Shown one piece after another: positions 26,797-37,270 of a stretch of 64,000 nt of DNA; positions within the stretch are counted from its first letter, which is position 1; every line of letters starts with the position of its first letter. The stretch spans positions 287,590 to 351,589 of the forward strand of contig CAKVOE010000002.1 in NCBI GenBank assembly GCA_934778215.1, read 5' to 3'. Below the pieces are notes generated by a model, which was given only the letters and a program-made list of their open reading frames with translations, was not told the origin of the DNA and ran no database searches. The stretch is from an uncultured Clostridia bacterium (GTDB lineage: Bacteria > Bacillota > Clostridia > Christensenellales > UBA1242). Made by a program: the position numbers and the translations under genes.

Positions 26797-28233
26797 ATGG
26801 TAAAAAACACAATAAAAAAAGACAGTGATGAGTTTAAAAGTATGTTCCGTGAGTACGATATTCGTGGAAAGGTAAATAAATTTGAGTTAAATGAAGAAAG
26901 CGTTTTTGAAATAGTTTCAGCGTATGCAAGGCTAATTAAAGAGCGTGGAATAAAAAGAGTGGTTTTGGGCTATGACAATAGAGATTGCTCGCCTTCCTTT
27001 CATGATAGCGCACGTAAGGCTCTAATAGAGTATGGTATGACGGTTTATGATATAGGGCTAACGCTTACACCGATTGCCTATTATGCGCAATATAGGTTTG
27101 AAGCAGAAGGTTTGGTTATGATTACAGCATCGCACAATCCAAATGGTTGGAGCGGGTTTAAGCTAGGCTCAGGTTTTTCGAGAACGCTTGGCAAAGAAGA
27201 AATAAAAAAGGTATATAACTATTGTTTGGAGCCATTTAATTACAAAGGAAACAGTGGCGAAGTAATAGAAGTTAATGTGCGAGAAGATTATATAAATGAA
27301 GTTTTGAGCCGTATAAAAATGGGAGAAAATAAGCCCCGTGTTATAATAGAAACGGCAAATGGCGGAGCAGGGCTGTTTGCTTATGAAATATTTGAAAGGC
27401 TAGGCTGTGTAACCTTTTTGCTAAATGCCGACCCCGATTGCACCTACCCAAAATATTTTCCGAACCCTAGTGACAAATCGGCGTGCAAAACCATACAAAG
27501 ATTAATTTCGCACCCTTATATAAACGCCGATTTGGGATTGTTCTTTGATGGCGATGGCGACAGAGTGGGTGTTACATCAAAAGACGGCAAGCCCGTTTAT
27601 AGCGATATTGTTTTAGCACTTTTAAGCAGACAATTTTTGGCTTTGCACCCACACGAAAAGATTATTTTTGATGTAAAGTGTTCAAGAACTCTTTCTGAAA
27701 CCATAGAAGAATGCGGGGGCGAGCCAATTATGTGGAGCACAGGGCATTCATTTATAAAATCTAAGATGCATCAAGAAAATGCCATACTTGCCGGAGAAAG
27801 AAGCGGACATATATTTATTGGTGGCGATGAGTATTATGGTTTTGATGATGGTTTATTTGCTGGGGCAAAACTTGTTGAGTTTTTGTCGCACCAAACAAAA
27901 TCACTGACGGAAATAATATCAACATTACAAAAATATGTTACCAGTCCAGAAATTTATGTAGATTGTGCAGACAATGTAAAATACAAGGTTATGGAAAAAA
28001 TAGTTAAGCGGTTTAAAGAGTTGTACCCTGATAATGTAATAGACATAAACGGGGCAAGGGTAGAGTTTGAAAACGGCTGGGGACTAGTTAGGGCTAGTTC
28101 TAATATGCCACTACTAGGCTTGCTGTTTGAGGGCAAAACCCGTACAGATATGCAAAAAATTAAAGAGATATTTAGGTCGGTGCTTAGCGAGTTTAGTGAA
28201 GTTTCTAGTTATTGGCAAAACGATGATGAATAA
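26797..28233 (+). CDS. Phosphomannomutase / phosphoglucomutase (alpha-D-phosphohexomutase family)
   Basis: The active-site loop ITASHNPNGWSGFK, the metal loop FDGDGDR and the sugar loop GERSGH are all present. Confidence 0.85.
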   Translation: MVKNTIKKDSDEFKSMFREYDIRGKVNKFELNEESVFEIVSAYARLIKERGIKRVVLGYDNRDCSPSFHDSARKALIEYGMTVYDIGLTLTPIAYYAQYRFEAEGLVMITASHNPNGWSGFKLGSGFSRTLGKEEIKKVYNYCLEPFNYKGNSGEVIEVNVREDYINEVLSRIKMGENKPRVIIETANGGAGLFAYEIFERLGCVTFLLNADPDCTYPKYFPNPSDKSACKTIQRLISHPYINADLGLFFDGDGDRVGVTSKDGKPVYSDIVLALLSRQFLALHPHEKIIFDVKCSRTLSETIEECGGEPIMWSTGHSFIKSKMHQENAILAGERSGHIFIGGDEYYGFDDGLFAGAKLVEFLSHQTKSLTEIISTLQKYVTSPEIYVDCADNVKYKVMEKIVKRFKELYPDNVIDINGARVEFENGWGLVRASSNMPLLGLLFEGKTRTDMQKIKEIFRSVLSEFSEVSSYWQNDDE

Positions 28234-28288
28234 AACAATTAACCATACTTTAAAAATAAGGTATGGTTTTTATTTTTATTAAATTAAT

Positions 28289-28317
28289 TTGACAACGGTT
28301 GCAAAAATTACTAATAT
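28289..28317 (+). promoter_or_regulatory. Sigma-70-type promoter
   Basis: TTGACA, 17 nt spacer, TAATAT. The ORF-track TTG start at 28289 is the -35 box. Confidence 0.5.
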
Positions 28318-28351
28318 ATTAAGTAATATATTTGTTTTACTAGAAAAGGAT

Positions 28352-31300
28352 ATGGGGTTTATGGATAATAAATTGTTTTTGTATCTTCAAAAAAAGAGAG
28401 ATGAATTAAAAAGCACCTTATTAGAAGAAGGGATTGGTGCTACAATTTGTGATGACGAAACATTGCTTCGAATTGCCGAAGCCTTGCCCGAAAAAGAAGA
28501 GGAGTTGGTATCTATTCAGGGCATAAACGCTTCTTTTGTATCTAGGTTTGGCACTTTCGTTTTGGATTGGATAAAATCATACAAAAATGATTTTCAAGAA
28601 GAGCGGGAACTATCTGGTTATAACAGAACGGTTTTTGAAAAGATAGAAAACAAACTAAAAGATAAATTGTTAAGCGGTTCCTATATTTCAAAAAGTTCTA
28701 GCAGTATAACTTTGCCGTGCTTAGACTCTGTAAAAGAATTAATTTATAATGGTGGTTGCATAGAGTTTACAAGACGGCTCGATGCCGATTTTGAAACCCA
28801 CTATGAGCAATTTATTAAACTGACAAAATTGGCGGATAAAAAGTTGTTTGAAGATGGTCAAAACGAGTTGTATTTGGGTTTTTCGGTTGTAAGAGGAAGT
28901 CTTTGTGGCGGAATTATAAATTGTTACACACCACTAGTTTTAATTCCTATAAAAATAATGTTAACCTATAACGAAATAAAAGTTTTTGCAGATAAAGAAA
29001 GGGCGGTTGTGCCAAATGCTCTATTAAATGCTCTTTGTGGCATTCCTCAAAACGCAGTTTACCCATTAAATTGTGCTGAAGAGTTGGCAGATTTACAAGA
29101 TAATATAAAAAAGTTTTTCGCTAGGTTTGGTATGCCCTTTAAAGGTACTAGTGGTTTTGAATTGCAAGATGAGGTCGTGCTAGATTGCTATGATAGAGCG
29201 GTAGCAGACATTTTGATGGAGTTGGGCAAAATTAAGTCTTTTGGCAAAATTAATAAGTTAACCGACATTGTATTGGGAGTAGAACAAAATGTAGAAGATT
29301 ATATGCCAAATACAAAATCTTATTTTGTTAGTGTACCAACATACAACACACAAAAAGCCTTGCTGTGTTATGAAGAAAATGATGTAACGGCACTAAATAC
29401 ATTAATGGGTGCCGAAAAACAGTGTGCAATAACCAACATTTTGGCAGATGCTGTTTGCAAAGACAAAAGTTGTTTGGTGGTTTCCAAAAATTCTGCTGAG
29501 TTAGAGCAATCCTATTCTAAACTAAATGAGTTTAATAGGTATGCCGTAAAACTTTTTGGTGGCGATATTAATGCTTCGTTTAAAAGACAGTTTTTGGACA
29601 TTACAAAATTAGATGCCGAAACCGATATAGAAAAAAATGATATTTTTGAAACAAACGACAAACTAAAAAACATAGAAAACCAATTTGCAGAATTAGATAG
29701 TATATTGTTTGGAAATTCTGAACTTGCAAGTTGTATAAAAAATGCAAAAGATTGTGGCTTTGTTGCAATTGATGCGAGCGAAAGTTTGCACAAGTTGGTG
29801 GCAGAACAATTTGGGGCACTTGCAGAAAAACTAAAACTTGTTGAAATCATAAATTTTAAAAAGAGGTTTTTGGATAGCGAATATTTGCAAAAACTTTTGG
29901 ACGCTGAGGAGTTATATCGTAAATTTCCTTGGCTGTATAATATCAAAAAAGATATTGGCAAAAAGGGTCTTTTAGAAATTGAAGAGTTTAAACTGTCGGG
30001 TGCCACTAACAAAAAGGCCATAAAACAATTTTTGGATAAGTTCTTGGTAAAAGACGATTACAATAAGTTTTTGCAAGAAAACCCACAAATACTTGTGGCA
30101 GGGTTAAACAAGTTGGAGCAATTTAACCTATTAAGCATTGAAAAAGAATTGTTAAGCGTGGCAGAAAAGGAATTTGTTGCAAGATTTTACGATGTGCAAA
30201 AAATTTCGGGCGAAAGTTTAGAAAATGTATTTATTGCAACCATTCAATATTTGTTTAATTGTTCGCTTAAAAGAGCCGAAGAAGAAAATGCTCAAGCGAT
30301 GGATACGATAAAAAATTTTGATGCTCTTTTGCAAGAGTATAATAGTTTGCTAAATAGTAAAGCCGAACAGTGTCAAAAATTACTTCAAAAAAAGTTGCAA
30401 CAGTTAATAAAAGAAAAACTGGTTTATTCAAAAAGATACAACGATATTAATAAGGTTATCACAGACGAAAACTTTACCCTTTCGGAGATATTAAATAATT
30501 ATAGACTAGAACTATTTGGCGGGTTAAAAATTTGGTTTGTTAGTTTAGAAAATTTGAGCAAGTTACCACTTGTTGCAAATATGTTTGAAAATTGCATTTT
30601 GTTAGATTCGGCAAACTTTTCGGTAGATGAAACGATAGGGGCGCTATTTAGGTCAAAAAAATTGATAGCGGTTGCAGATTCTGAGCAAAATGTAAAACGT
30701 AACGAAAATTTGTTGACAGACAAAAACTTTAAGTTGCCTGAACCGTTTGAATTATCTATTTTTGAAAACGCTTCCGACTATGGGTGTAAAATTAATCTTT
30801 GTTATGATAGTCTTCACAAAAATGCCGTACTTTTTGATTTTGCAAACTATGCACTTTATGACGGCAAATGCAAAAATGCAATTTCGTCTAGCAGTAGGGG
30901 TGGGGCAATAACCTGTTTGAATGTTGGCGGAAGGTGTCAAGACGGCAAAAATGCACAAGAAGCCCGCAAGGTTGTTTCGTTATTAAAAGTGTTATTTGCT
31001 AAAAATAAATACCACTCTTTGGTTGTTGTGGCGTTTACAAATGGGCAAAAATACGAAATAATTAAACAAATTAATCTGCTTGCAGAGTTAGATTCTGAGT
31101 TTTCGGGTGCGCTTTACAAACATCTAAAAAGGTCGGGCGAAAACAATGTAGAGGGTTTGGTAAAAACGGCTTACGAAATGTCGGGGGTCACAAAAGAAAT
31201 TGTAATTTTTTCTAGCGTTGTATCTGTTAACAAATACCGACAAATAGAGGGTGGCGATGTGTTTGATTTTGCGGGGTCAAAAGCATTGTTTAACTTGGTG

Positions 31301-31768
31301 GTAACCTCTGCCATAGAAAAACTAATAGTTATCTCTTCGGTAGAACCTGAAGATGTTACAAAAAGCGTTGGTGGAACATTGCCGTTACAATTATTTGCTA
31401 CCTTTTTGGGGCTTGCCAAAGCGTGCAGTTTGGGCAACTACAAAGCGGTGTCAGACATAATTGCTATATTAAAGAATGTGGCAAACGCAAACGGCTCAAA
31501 TGCAATTTTACAAAAAATAATGCAAGACTTAAAACTGCAAGGGCTAAAAGTTGCAGAGTTTTTAAACGGAGCAATTTTGGTAGAAGACAAAGTGGTTGTA
31601 GAACTCGAAAGTGTGGCAAAATTAAATATGCAAGACTTTGTAGAAAGAGAGTTGTATTGGCCAATCTTTTGCACAAAAGAAAAACTATCTTACCATAAAA
31701 TATTTGATACTCTTCTTATAAAAAATTATCAAAAAGAAATTTTAAATATCAAAAACCTTATAAACTAA
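28352..31768 (+). CDS. HRDC-domain / DUF4011-type Upf1-like SF1 helicase homologue with degenerate ATPase motifs
   Basis: The N-terminus is HRDC-like (ICDDETLLRIAEALPEKEEELVSIQGIN...FG..VLDWI). ELYLGFSVVRG is DUF4011-like. The Walker A position reads LMGAEKQCAITNILADAV and the motif II position reads ILLDSANF...AVADSEQ. The start is ATG 28352 or 28361. Confidence 0.55.
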   Translation: MGFMDNKLFLYLQKKRDELKSTLLEEGIGATICDDETLLRIAEALPEKEEELVSIQGINASFVSRFGTFVLDWIKSYKNDFQEERELSGYNRTVFEKIENKLKDKLLSGSYISKSSSSITLPCLDSVKELIYNGGCIEFTRRLDADFETHYEQFIKLTKLADKKLFEDGQNELYLGFSVVRGSLCGGIINCYTPLVLIPIKIMLTYNEIKVFADKERAVVPNALLNALCGIPQNAVYPLNCAEELADLQDNIKKFFARFGMPFKGTSGFELQDEVVLDCYDRAVADILMELGKIKSFGKINKLTDIVLGVEQNVEDYMPNTKSYFVSVPTYNTQKALLCYEENDVTALNTLMGAEKQCAITNILADAVCKDKSCLVVSKNSAELEQSYSKLNEFNRYAVKLFGGDINASFKRQFLDITKLDAETDIEKNDIFETNDKLKNIENQFAELDSILFGNSELASCIKNAKDCGFVAIDASESLHKLVAEQFGALAEKLKLVEIINFKKRFLDSEYLQKLLDAEELYRKFPWLYNIKKDIGKKGLLEIEEFKLSGATNKKAIKQFLDKFLVKDDYNKFLQENPQILVAGLNKLEQFNLLSIEKELLSVAEKEFVARFYDVQKISGESLENVFIATIQYLFNCSLKRAEEENAQAMDTIKNFDALLQEYNSLLNSKAEQCQKLLQKKLQQLIKEKLVYSKRYNDINKVITDENFTLSEILNNYRLELFGGLKIWFVSLENLSKLPLVANMFENCILLDSANFSVDETIGALFRSKKLIAVADSEQNVKRNENLLTDKNFKLPEPFELSIFENASDYGCKINLCYDSLHKNAVLFDFANYALYDGKCKNAISSSSRGGAITCLNVGGRCQDGKNAQEARKVVSLLKVLFAKNKYHSLVVVAFTNGQKYEIIKQINLLAELDSEFSGALYKHLKRSGENNVEGLVKTAYEMSGVTKEIVIFSSVVSVNKYRQIEGGDVFDFAGSKALFNLVVTSAIEKLIVISSVEPEDVTKSVGGTLPLQLFATFLGLAKACSLGNYKAVSDIIAILKNVANANGSNAILQKIMQDLKLQGLKVAEFLNGAILVEDKVVVELESVAKLNMQDFVERELYWPIFCTKEKLSYHKIFDTLLIKNYQKEILNIKNLIN

Positions 31769-32230
31769 TTTAACTATTTTTTATTAAACGCAAAAACACA
31801 AAACATACTTAACAGGGCTACTTTCAAAGTGTTTTTGTGTTTATTTTTTTGCATTATTTTAATTACAAAAAAAGTCCACAAACACCAGAGTTTTGGTTGG
31901 TAATATTGCACTTTTTTGCACATTTTAAAAATTTGCGATATTCTTTTTAGAACAAAATTTGGGTCAAAATAGGAAGTTTTGGTTTGGTCGATAAAATACT
32001 TATCCCGTAAAAGTGCGTCCAAAACGGGGCGGGTGTAAAACCAAATTTTAAGCCCATTTATGTCAAAAGCATTTTTAAAATTTTGAGTTTTGGTAGCACA
32101 AAAAAATATTTAAAACAGCGTAAATTCGTTTGCAAATTGACAAATAAAATTTTATTATTAGTTTGTTTTATTTGCTAAAATATTTTTGCTTTGGTAAAAT
32201 AATCTTGTTAAAAAAAATTAGGAGAACAAT

Positions 32231-32713
32231 ATGTGTGAATGTAATAGACTGGGTACAGTCGAGCAAGAAAGTCAATTTGAAAACTTATTAAATTCTAACC
32301 GTGCAAATGCGGGAAATATAATGGAGGTTTTGCAAAAAACACAAAGTATTTTTGGTTTTATTCCCGAAAAAGCGGTGCACAAAATATCTGAAGCACTATG
32401 TATGCCCGACAGCGAAATATATGGTATAATAACCTTTTACAGTCAGTTTTCGCTAACTCCAAAGGCAAAATATAATATTGATGTGTGTTTGGGTACGGCG
32501 TGTTTTGTTTTGGGTTCCAATGACATTTTGCAAAAAATATTAAACAAACTAAATGTGCGAGTAGGAGAAATGACCCCGGACGGCAAGTGGATAGTTACTA
32601 GTTGCAGATGTCTTGGTTGTTGCGGGTTGGCTCCGGCAATAACCATAAATGGAGAAGTCTTTGGAAAGTTAAAAGTTGAAGACGTAGACAAAATTTTGGA
32701 TAGTTTTGAATAG
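32231..32713 (+). CDS. hydC: NuoE-like [2Fe-2S] subunit of a bifurcating [FeFe] hydrogenase
   Basis: The thioredoxin-like ferredoxin pattern CLGTAC...CRCLGCCGLAP is present, with an AGGAG RBS. Confidence 0.8.
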   Translation: MCECNRLGTVEQESQFENLLNSNRANAGNIMEVLQKTQSIFGFIPEKAVHKISEALCMPDSEIYGIITFYSQFSLTPKAKYNIDVCLGTACFVLGSNDILQKILNKLNVRVGEMTPDGKWIVTSCRCLGCCGLAPAITINGEVFGKLKVEDVDKILDSFE

Positions 32714-32723
32714 GGAGTAGGGT

Positions 32724-34586
32724 ATGAATATAAGCGAATTGCAAGCAATTAAAGAAAAATATTTAAAAGAAGTCAATTTTAGACGAAATGGAGATTCTTC
32801 GGGCGTAAGTTATAGTTATGATATTTTGGTGTGCGGAGGAACGGGTTGCAAAAGTTGTAAAAGTGATGCCATAGTACAAAAACTAAACGAAGTTATCACG
32901 GCTAAGGGTTTACAAGAAAAAATAGCCGTACATGGTGTAGGGTGTTTTGGTCTTTGCGTTAATGGTCCAATTGTATTAATTTATCCCTATGATGCGCTTT
33001 ATGAAAGAGTGCAGGTTCAAGATGTAGAAGAAATTATAGACCAACTAATGCAGGGCAGACTGGTAGAAAGATTGTTGCATCACGAAGACGGCGTTGCCGT
33101 TATCAGAAAAACCGATATAAAATTTTGCAAAAAACAGCAATATATTGCTCGAAACAATACCGAATATATGAGTTTAGAAAATATATTAGAAGACTATATT
33201 GCGCTAGATGGTTACAGTGCGTTATACAGAGTGGTAACTTCCCTTAGTCCGCAAGAAGTTATAGATATTATAAAAAAGAGCGGTCTTAGAGGTCGTGGCG
33301 GAGCAGGCTTTCCAACTGGTAACAAGTGGGAGTTTGCAAGAAAGGTTGAAGCCCCACACAAATATGTAATTTGCAATGCTGATGAGGGCGACCCGGGTGC
33401 CTTTATGGATAGAAGTATAATAGAGGGTAATCCGCACGCAATAGTAGAAGCAATGGCAATAGCGGGTTATGCAATAGGTGCTAGTCAAGGTTATGTATAT
33501 TTAAGGGCGGAATATCCGCTTGCAGGCGAAAGGTTAACCAATGCCATTCGTCAAGCAGCGGAGCGTGGACTAATTGGAAACAACATATTTGGTTCCAACT
33601 TTTCGTTTAACTTAGAAATTAAATATGGAGCGGGTGCATTTGTGTGCGGGGAAGAAACTGCACTTATGCACAGCATAGAGGGTAAACGAGGGGAGCCTCG
33701 TCTAAAACCACCTTATCCTGCAGAAAAGGGGTTATACAACCGTCCAACCGTTATTAACAATGTCGAAACGCTTGCAAATGTTGCTCAAATTATAAACAAG
33801 GGCGCAGAATGGTTTAGTTCCATAGGAACGGAAGACAGCAAAGGCACCAAGGTGTTTGCGCTAACGGGCAAAATAAAAAATTCGGGTCTTATAGAACTTC
33901 CTATGGGTACAACCATACGAGAAATAATTTATGATATAGGTGGCGGTATTCCAAACGGAAAAAGGTTTAAAGCGGTGCAAATGGGAGGCCCTAGCGGTGG
34001 TTGTATTCCTGCGGAATATTTGGATACTCCAATAGACTACAAAAGTTTAACCGAACTTGGCTCTATGATGGGCAGTGGCGGTATGATTGTGGTAGATGAA
34101 GACTCTTGCATGGTAGACCTTGCCAAATTCTTTTTGCAATTTACTTGCGATGAGAGTTGTGGTAAATGTACCCCATGTCGAATTGGAAATCGCCGAATTT
34201 TAGAAATTTTAACAAAAATTACCGATGGCGATGCCACCATGGACGACCTTGCAAAGTTAGAAGAGTTGTGTGATTATGTTAAGTCTAATTCACTTTGCGG
34301 GCTAGGACAAACTTCTCCAAACCCAGTTATTTCTACACTAAGGTATTTTAAAGATGAATATATTGAGCATATAAAAGAGCATAAGTGTAGGGCGGGAGTG
34401 TGCAAAAATATGACACGCTACGAAATTACAGATAAGTGCATTGGGTGCAGTGCTTGTGCAAGGCAATGCCCAGTAGGAGCAATTACTGGAGAAATTAAAA
34501 AGCGATTTAATATAGACCAAAGCAAGTGCATAAAGTGTGGCAAATGCTTCGAAACTTGCAGGTTTGGTGCCATTGTAAAGGAGTAA
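32724..34586 (+). CDS. hydB: NuoF-like NAD(P)H-binding flavoprotein / Fe-S subunit of [FeFe] hydrogenase
   Basis: GLRGRGGAGFPTGNKW and ICNADEGDPGAFMDR are present, with an SLBB region. The Cys cluster CGKCTPCR and two C-terminal ferredoxin CxxCxxCxxxCP motifs are also seen. Confidence 0.85.
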   Translation: MNISELQAIKEKYLKEVNFRRNGDSSGVSYSYDILVCGGTGCKSCKSDAIVQKLNEVITAKGLQEKIAVHGVGCFGLCVNGPIVLIYPYDALYERVQVQDVEEIIDQLMQGRLVERLLHHEDGVAVIRKTDIKFCKKQQYIARNNTEYMSLENILEDYIALDGYSALYRVVTSLSPQEVIDIIKKSGLRGRGGAGFPTGNKWEFARKVEAPHKYVICNADEGDPGAFMDRSIIEGNPHAIVEAMAIAGYAIGASQGYVYLRAEYPLAGERLTNAIRQAAERGLIGNNIFGSNFSFNLEIKYGAGAFVCGEETALMHSIEGKRGEPRLKPPYPAEKGLYNRPTVINNVETLANVAQIINKGAEWFSSIGTEDSKGTKVFALTGKIKNSGLIELPMGTTIREIIYDIGGGIPNGKRFKAVQMGGPSGGCIPAEYLDTPIDYKSLTELGSMMGSGGMIVVDEDSCMVDLAKFFLQFTCDESCGKCTPCRIGNRRILEILTKITDGDATMDDLAKLEELCDYVKSNSLCGLGQTSPNPVISTLRYFKDEYIEHIKEHKCRAGVCKNMTRYEITDKCIGCSACARQCPVGAITGEIKKRFNIDQSKCIKCGKCFETCRFGAIVKE

Positions 34587-34590
34587 GGGT

Positions 34591-36288
34591 ATGGAAAGTT
34601 TTTTGATTAATATTAATGGAATTGATTGCACGGCGTCTGAGGGTGACACCATTTTAGATGTCGCCAAAAGAAACGGTATAGATATTCCAACACTTTGCTT
34701 TTTAAAGGATTTAAATGAGCCGGCAAGTTGTAGGGTGTGCGTGGTAGAAGTAGAAGGGCTTCGCAATTTGGTTACGGCGTGTACCACTAAGGTTCGTGCT
34801 GGAATGGTAGTAAAAAGCACAACAAATAGAGTTTTGCGTGCAAGAAGAAACGCTGTTGAGTTACTTTTAAGTAATCATAACAAAAATTGCTTAACTTGTC
34901 CTAAAAGTATGGATTGCTCCTTGCAGACGCTGTCTGCAAAACTTAATTGCAACTCCGAAAAATACGCTGGAGAAGTTAGCAAATTTTTGGTAGATGACAC
35001 CAACCATGCTATTTCTAGAGATGATAGCAAGTGTATTCTTTGTGGCAAGTGTATTGCAGTCTGTGCCAAAAGGCAGGGTTGTTCTGCAATAACAAAAATT
35101 AATCGTGGATTTGATACAAAAATAGGTTCTGCCTTTGATAGACCAATGCAAGACTCAGCATGTATTGGTTGCGGACAGTGTACCTTAGTTTGCCCAACTG
35201 GTGCGCTGGTTATGAAGAACAATATTAACGATTGCTTAGATATATTAGATGAAAAAGATGTAATTAAGGTAGCGCAAGTTGCCCCTAGCGTAAGAGTTGC
35301 CATAGGCGAGGAGTTTGGTGGCGAAATAGGAGCCTTTGAAGAGGGTAAAATGGTTACGGCACTAAAAGAATGTGGCTTTGATTATGTCTTTGATGTAAAT
35401 TGCGGAGCCGATTATACCGTAATAGAAGAGGGTAACGAATTAATTCAGCGTTTAACCGAAAAGAAGGGGTTGCCACTATTTACCAGTTGTTGTCCTGCAT
35501 GGTTTAGTTATGCCGAAAAGTTTTATCCGGAATTTGTAAATAATTTAAGTACGGCAAAATCTCCAAACGAAATGTTGGGGTCGCTTGTAAAATATTATTT
35601 TGAGCAACAAGGCAAAAAGGTAAAAATAGTATCGGTAATGCCTTGTACCGCAAAAAAGCGAGAGGTTTTAGCCCATGGCGAAATAGATGTAAGTATTACC
35701 ACCAGAGAACTAGCAAAACTTATTAAAATGAAAAATATTAATTTTAACACCCTCCCAGAGTCTAAGTTTGACAATCCGTTTGGAGAATACACGGGCGCAG
35801 GCTTAATATTTGGCGTAACAGGTGGCGTTACCGAGGCGGCTTTACGATACGCCGTTTACAAACTAACGGGCAAAAAGCAAGACATTATTCAAGCGGTAAG
35901 ATATAACGAAGGCGTAAAAGAAGTTGATGTGTCTATTGGCGAAATGGTAATAAGGCTTGCAATAATTCATGGCACGGCAAATGTTCCAAAGGTGCTAGAA
36001 GCCATAAAATCGGGCGAGAGAATGTATGATTTTGTAGAGGTTATGGCGTGCCCGGGCGGTTGTGTAAATGGTGGCGGACAGCCACTGGTAGACTACAACA
36101 ATACATCGGTAGAAGAAGTTATAAAAAAGCGTTCGGCAAGCATTTATAAAGCCGATGGTGATTGCAAGTTTAAAGAGAGTTCAGAAAATGAAAGCGTAAA
36201 GAAAATTTACGAAGAATTATTACACGGCGACCACGAGTTAATTCATAAGTTGTTGCATTACATTCATGACGGCAAAAGAGTATACTAA
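34591..36288 (+). CDS. hydA: [FeFe] hydrogenase catalytic subunit (group A, H-cluster)
   Basis: N-terminal 2Fe-2S and 4Fe-4S ferredoxin motifs are present. The H-cluster signatures are TSCCPAW, MPCTAKK and VMACPGGCVNGGGQP. Confidence 0.9.
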   Translation: MESFLININGIDCTASEGDTILDVAKRNGIDIPTLCFLKDLNEPASCRVCVVEVEGLRNLVTACTTKVRAGMVVKSTTNRVLRARRNAVELLLSNHNKNCLTCPKSMDCSLQTLSAKLNCNSEKYAGEVSKFLVDDTNHAISRDDSKCILCGKCIAVCAKRQGCSAITKINRGFDTKIGSAFDRPMQDSACIGCGQCTLVCPTGALVMKNNINDCLDILDEKDVIKVAQVAPSVRVAIGEEFGGEIGAFEEGKMVTALKECGFDYVFDVNCGADYTVIEEGNELIQRLTEKKGLPLFTSCCPAWFSYAEKFYPEFVNNLSTAKSPNEMLGSLVKYYFEQQGKKVKIVSVMPCTAKKREVLAHGEIDVSITTRELAKLIKMKNINFNTLPESKFDNPFGEYTGAGLIFGVTGGVTEAALRYAVYKLTGKKQDIIQAVRYNEGVKEVDVSIGEMVIRLAIIHGTANVPKVLEAIKSGERMYDFVEVMACPGGCVNGGGQPLVDYNNTSVEEVIKKRSASIYKADGDCKFKESSENESVKKIYEELLHGDHELIHKLLHYIHDGKRVY

Positions 36289-36295
36289 TATTTTT

Positions 36296-36331
36296 AGGTT
36301 AAACTTATATTTTTAGGTTTAACCTTTTTTA
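36296..36331 (+). terminator. Rho-independent terminator of the hydrogenase operon
   Basis: The stem AGGTTAAAC / GTTTAACCT is followed by TTTTT. Confidence 0.6.
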
Positions 36332-36437
36332 TATAATTGAAGATAGTTATATAGCGAACAAATTTTTGCAAAAAGTTACAAATTTTGCATACATTAAAAT
36401 TTTACACCCATACTAATAATAAATTGTGGAGTGTAAA

Positions 36438-37094
36438 ATGAAAGCAACCCTCGAAGAAAAATTTAATATTATAGCACTTTTGCTTAGTAACTCTATTTTG
36501 TTTGTTTTGGAGTGGATAGCGTGTTTTTTGATGTTTGTTGAAAACAAATGGAAGTGCTTTATGTTTTATACCGATATAGCAAATGCGTTTGCCTTGGTGG
36601 TTTCGGGTATTACAATTGTTAGTGCAATTGTGGCGTTAGCCAAAAATAAGCCACATATACCAAAGTGGGTTCAGGCAATTAAGTTTGTTTCAACTACAAT
36701 GCTACTTATTACTTTTACAATAGTTGTTGCCTTTTTGGCGCCTTGTTTTGGATTCAACGGATATTTAGTATTTTTATTTGGCGGGACTATGCTTTTTACC
36801 CATACAATATGCCCGCTATATGCACTAATAGGAAGCGTATTTTTAGAAAGGGGAAGTTATTATCACTTCAAAATTACCTCTTTTGTAATTTTGCCAACAT
36901 TGTTGTATGGCATAATAATGTTGGTTTTAAATATTTTTAAAGTTGTTGTAGGACCATACCCCTTTTTTATGGTGTATAATTTTAATTGGTTTATAACCAC
37001 CATTTGGTGTGTGGGTGTTATAATTTGGAGTTACTTAATGTCAGTTTTGCTGTGGGTGTGTCAAACGCACAAAAAAAGAGTTGTGACAAATTGA
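36438..37094 (+). CDS. Polytopic membrane protein, unknown function
   Basis: The ATG at 36438 follows GTGGAG. There are about 6 TM helices. Confidence 0.5.
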   Translation: MKATLEEKFNIIALLLSNSILFVLEWIACFLMFVENKWKCFMFYTDIANAFALVVSGITIVSAIVALAKNKPHIPKWVQAIKFVSTTMLLITFTIVVAFLAPCFGFNGYLVFLFGGTMLFTHTICPLYALIGSVFLERGSYYHFKITSFVILPTLLYGIIMLVLNIFKVVVGPYPFFMVYNFNWFITTIWCVGVIIWSYLMSVLLWVCQTHKKRVVTN

Positions 37095-37270
37095 AGAGAA
37101 CCCTAGTTTTGCATCGCAAAATAAATAGACACTTCAAAATTAATTTTTTCTTGTTTGGTTGCGTTAAAAAACAAGTTTGGGCATAGTTGTTTAACAACTT
37201 TTTGTGCAATTGAATAATATTGTAGTGGTAGTCTTTTTGATTATCTAAATTTGTATTAAGGAGATAAAAT

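Noticed and set aside
29512-30021. 169-aa minus-strand ORF, and several other 60-160-aa antisense ORFs inside long genes (for example 16658-17131, 5365-5763, 34338-34820)
   Set aside because: They are fully nested antisense to genes with clear motifs, they lack RBSs, and their composition is shadow-ORF-like.
31774-32110. Minus-strand open frame (...ATKTQNFKNAFDINGLKIWFYTRPVLDALLRDKYFIDQTK...) in the 460-nt gap before the hydrogenase operon
   Set aside because: It has no ATG and no RBS; only a TTG is available. Its tail runs through the terminator of the upstream gene. It may be a gene remnant, but I cannot support a call.
32231-36288. HydABC operon considered as unusual
   Set aside because: The NuoE-like / NuoF-like / HydA order and the motifs are those of the well-known trimeric bifurcating [FeFe] hydrogenases. 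The absence of hydEFG in the window is not informative.
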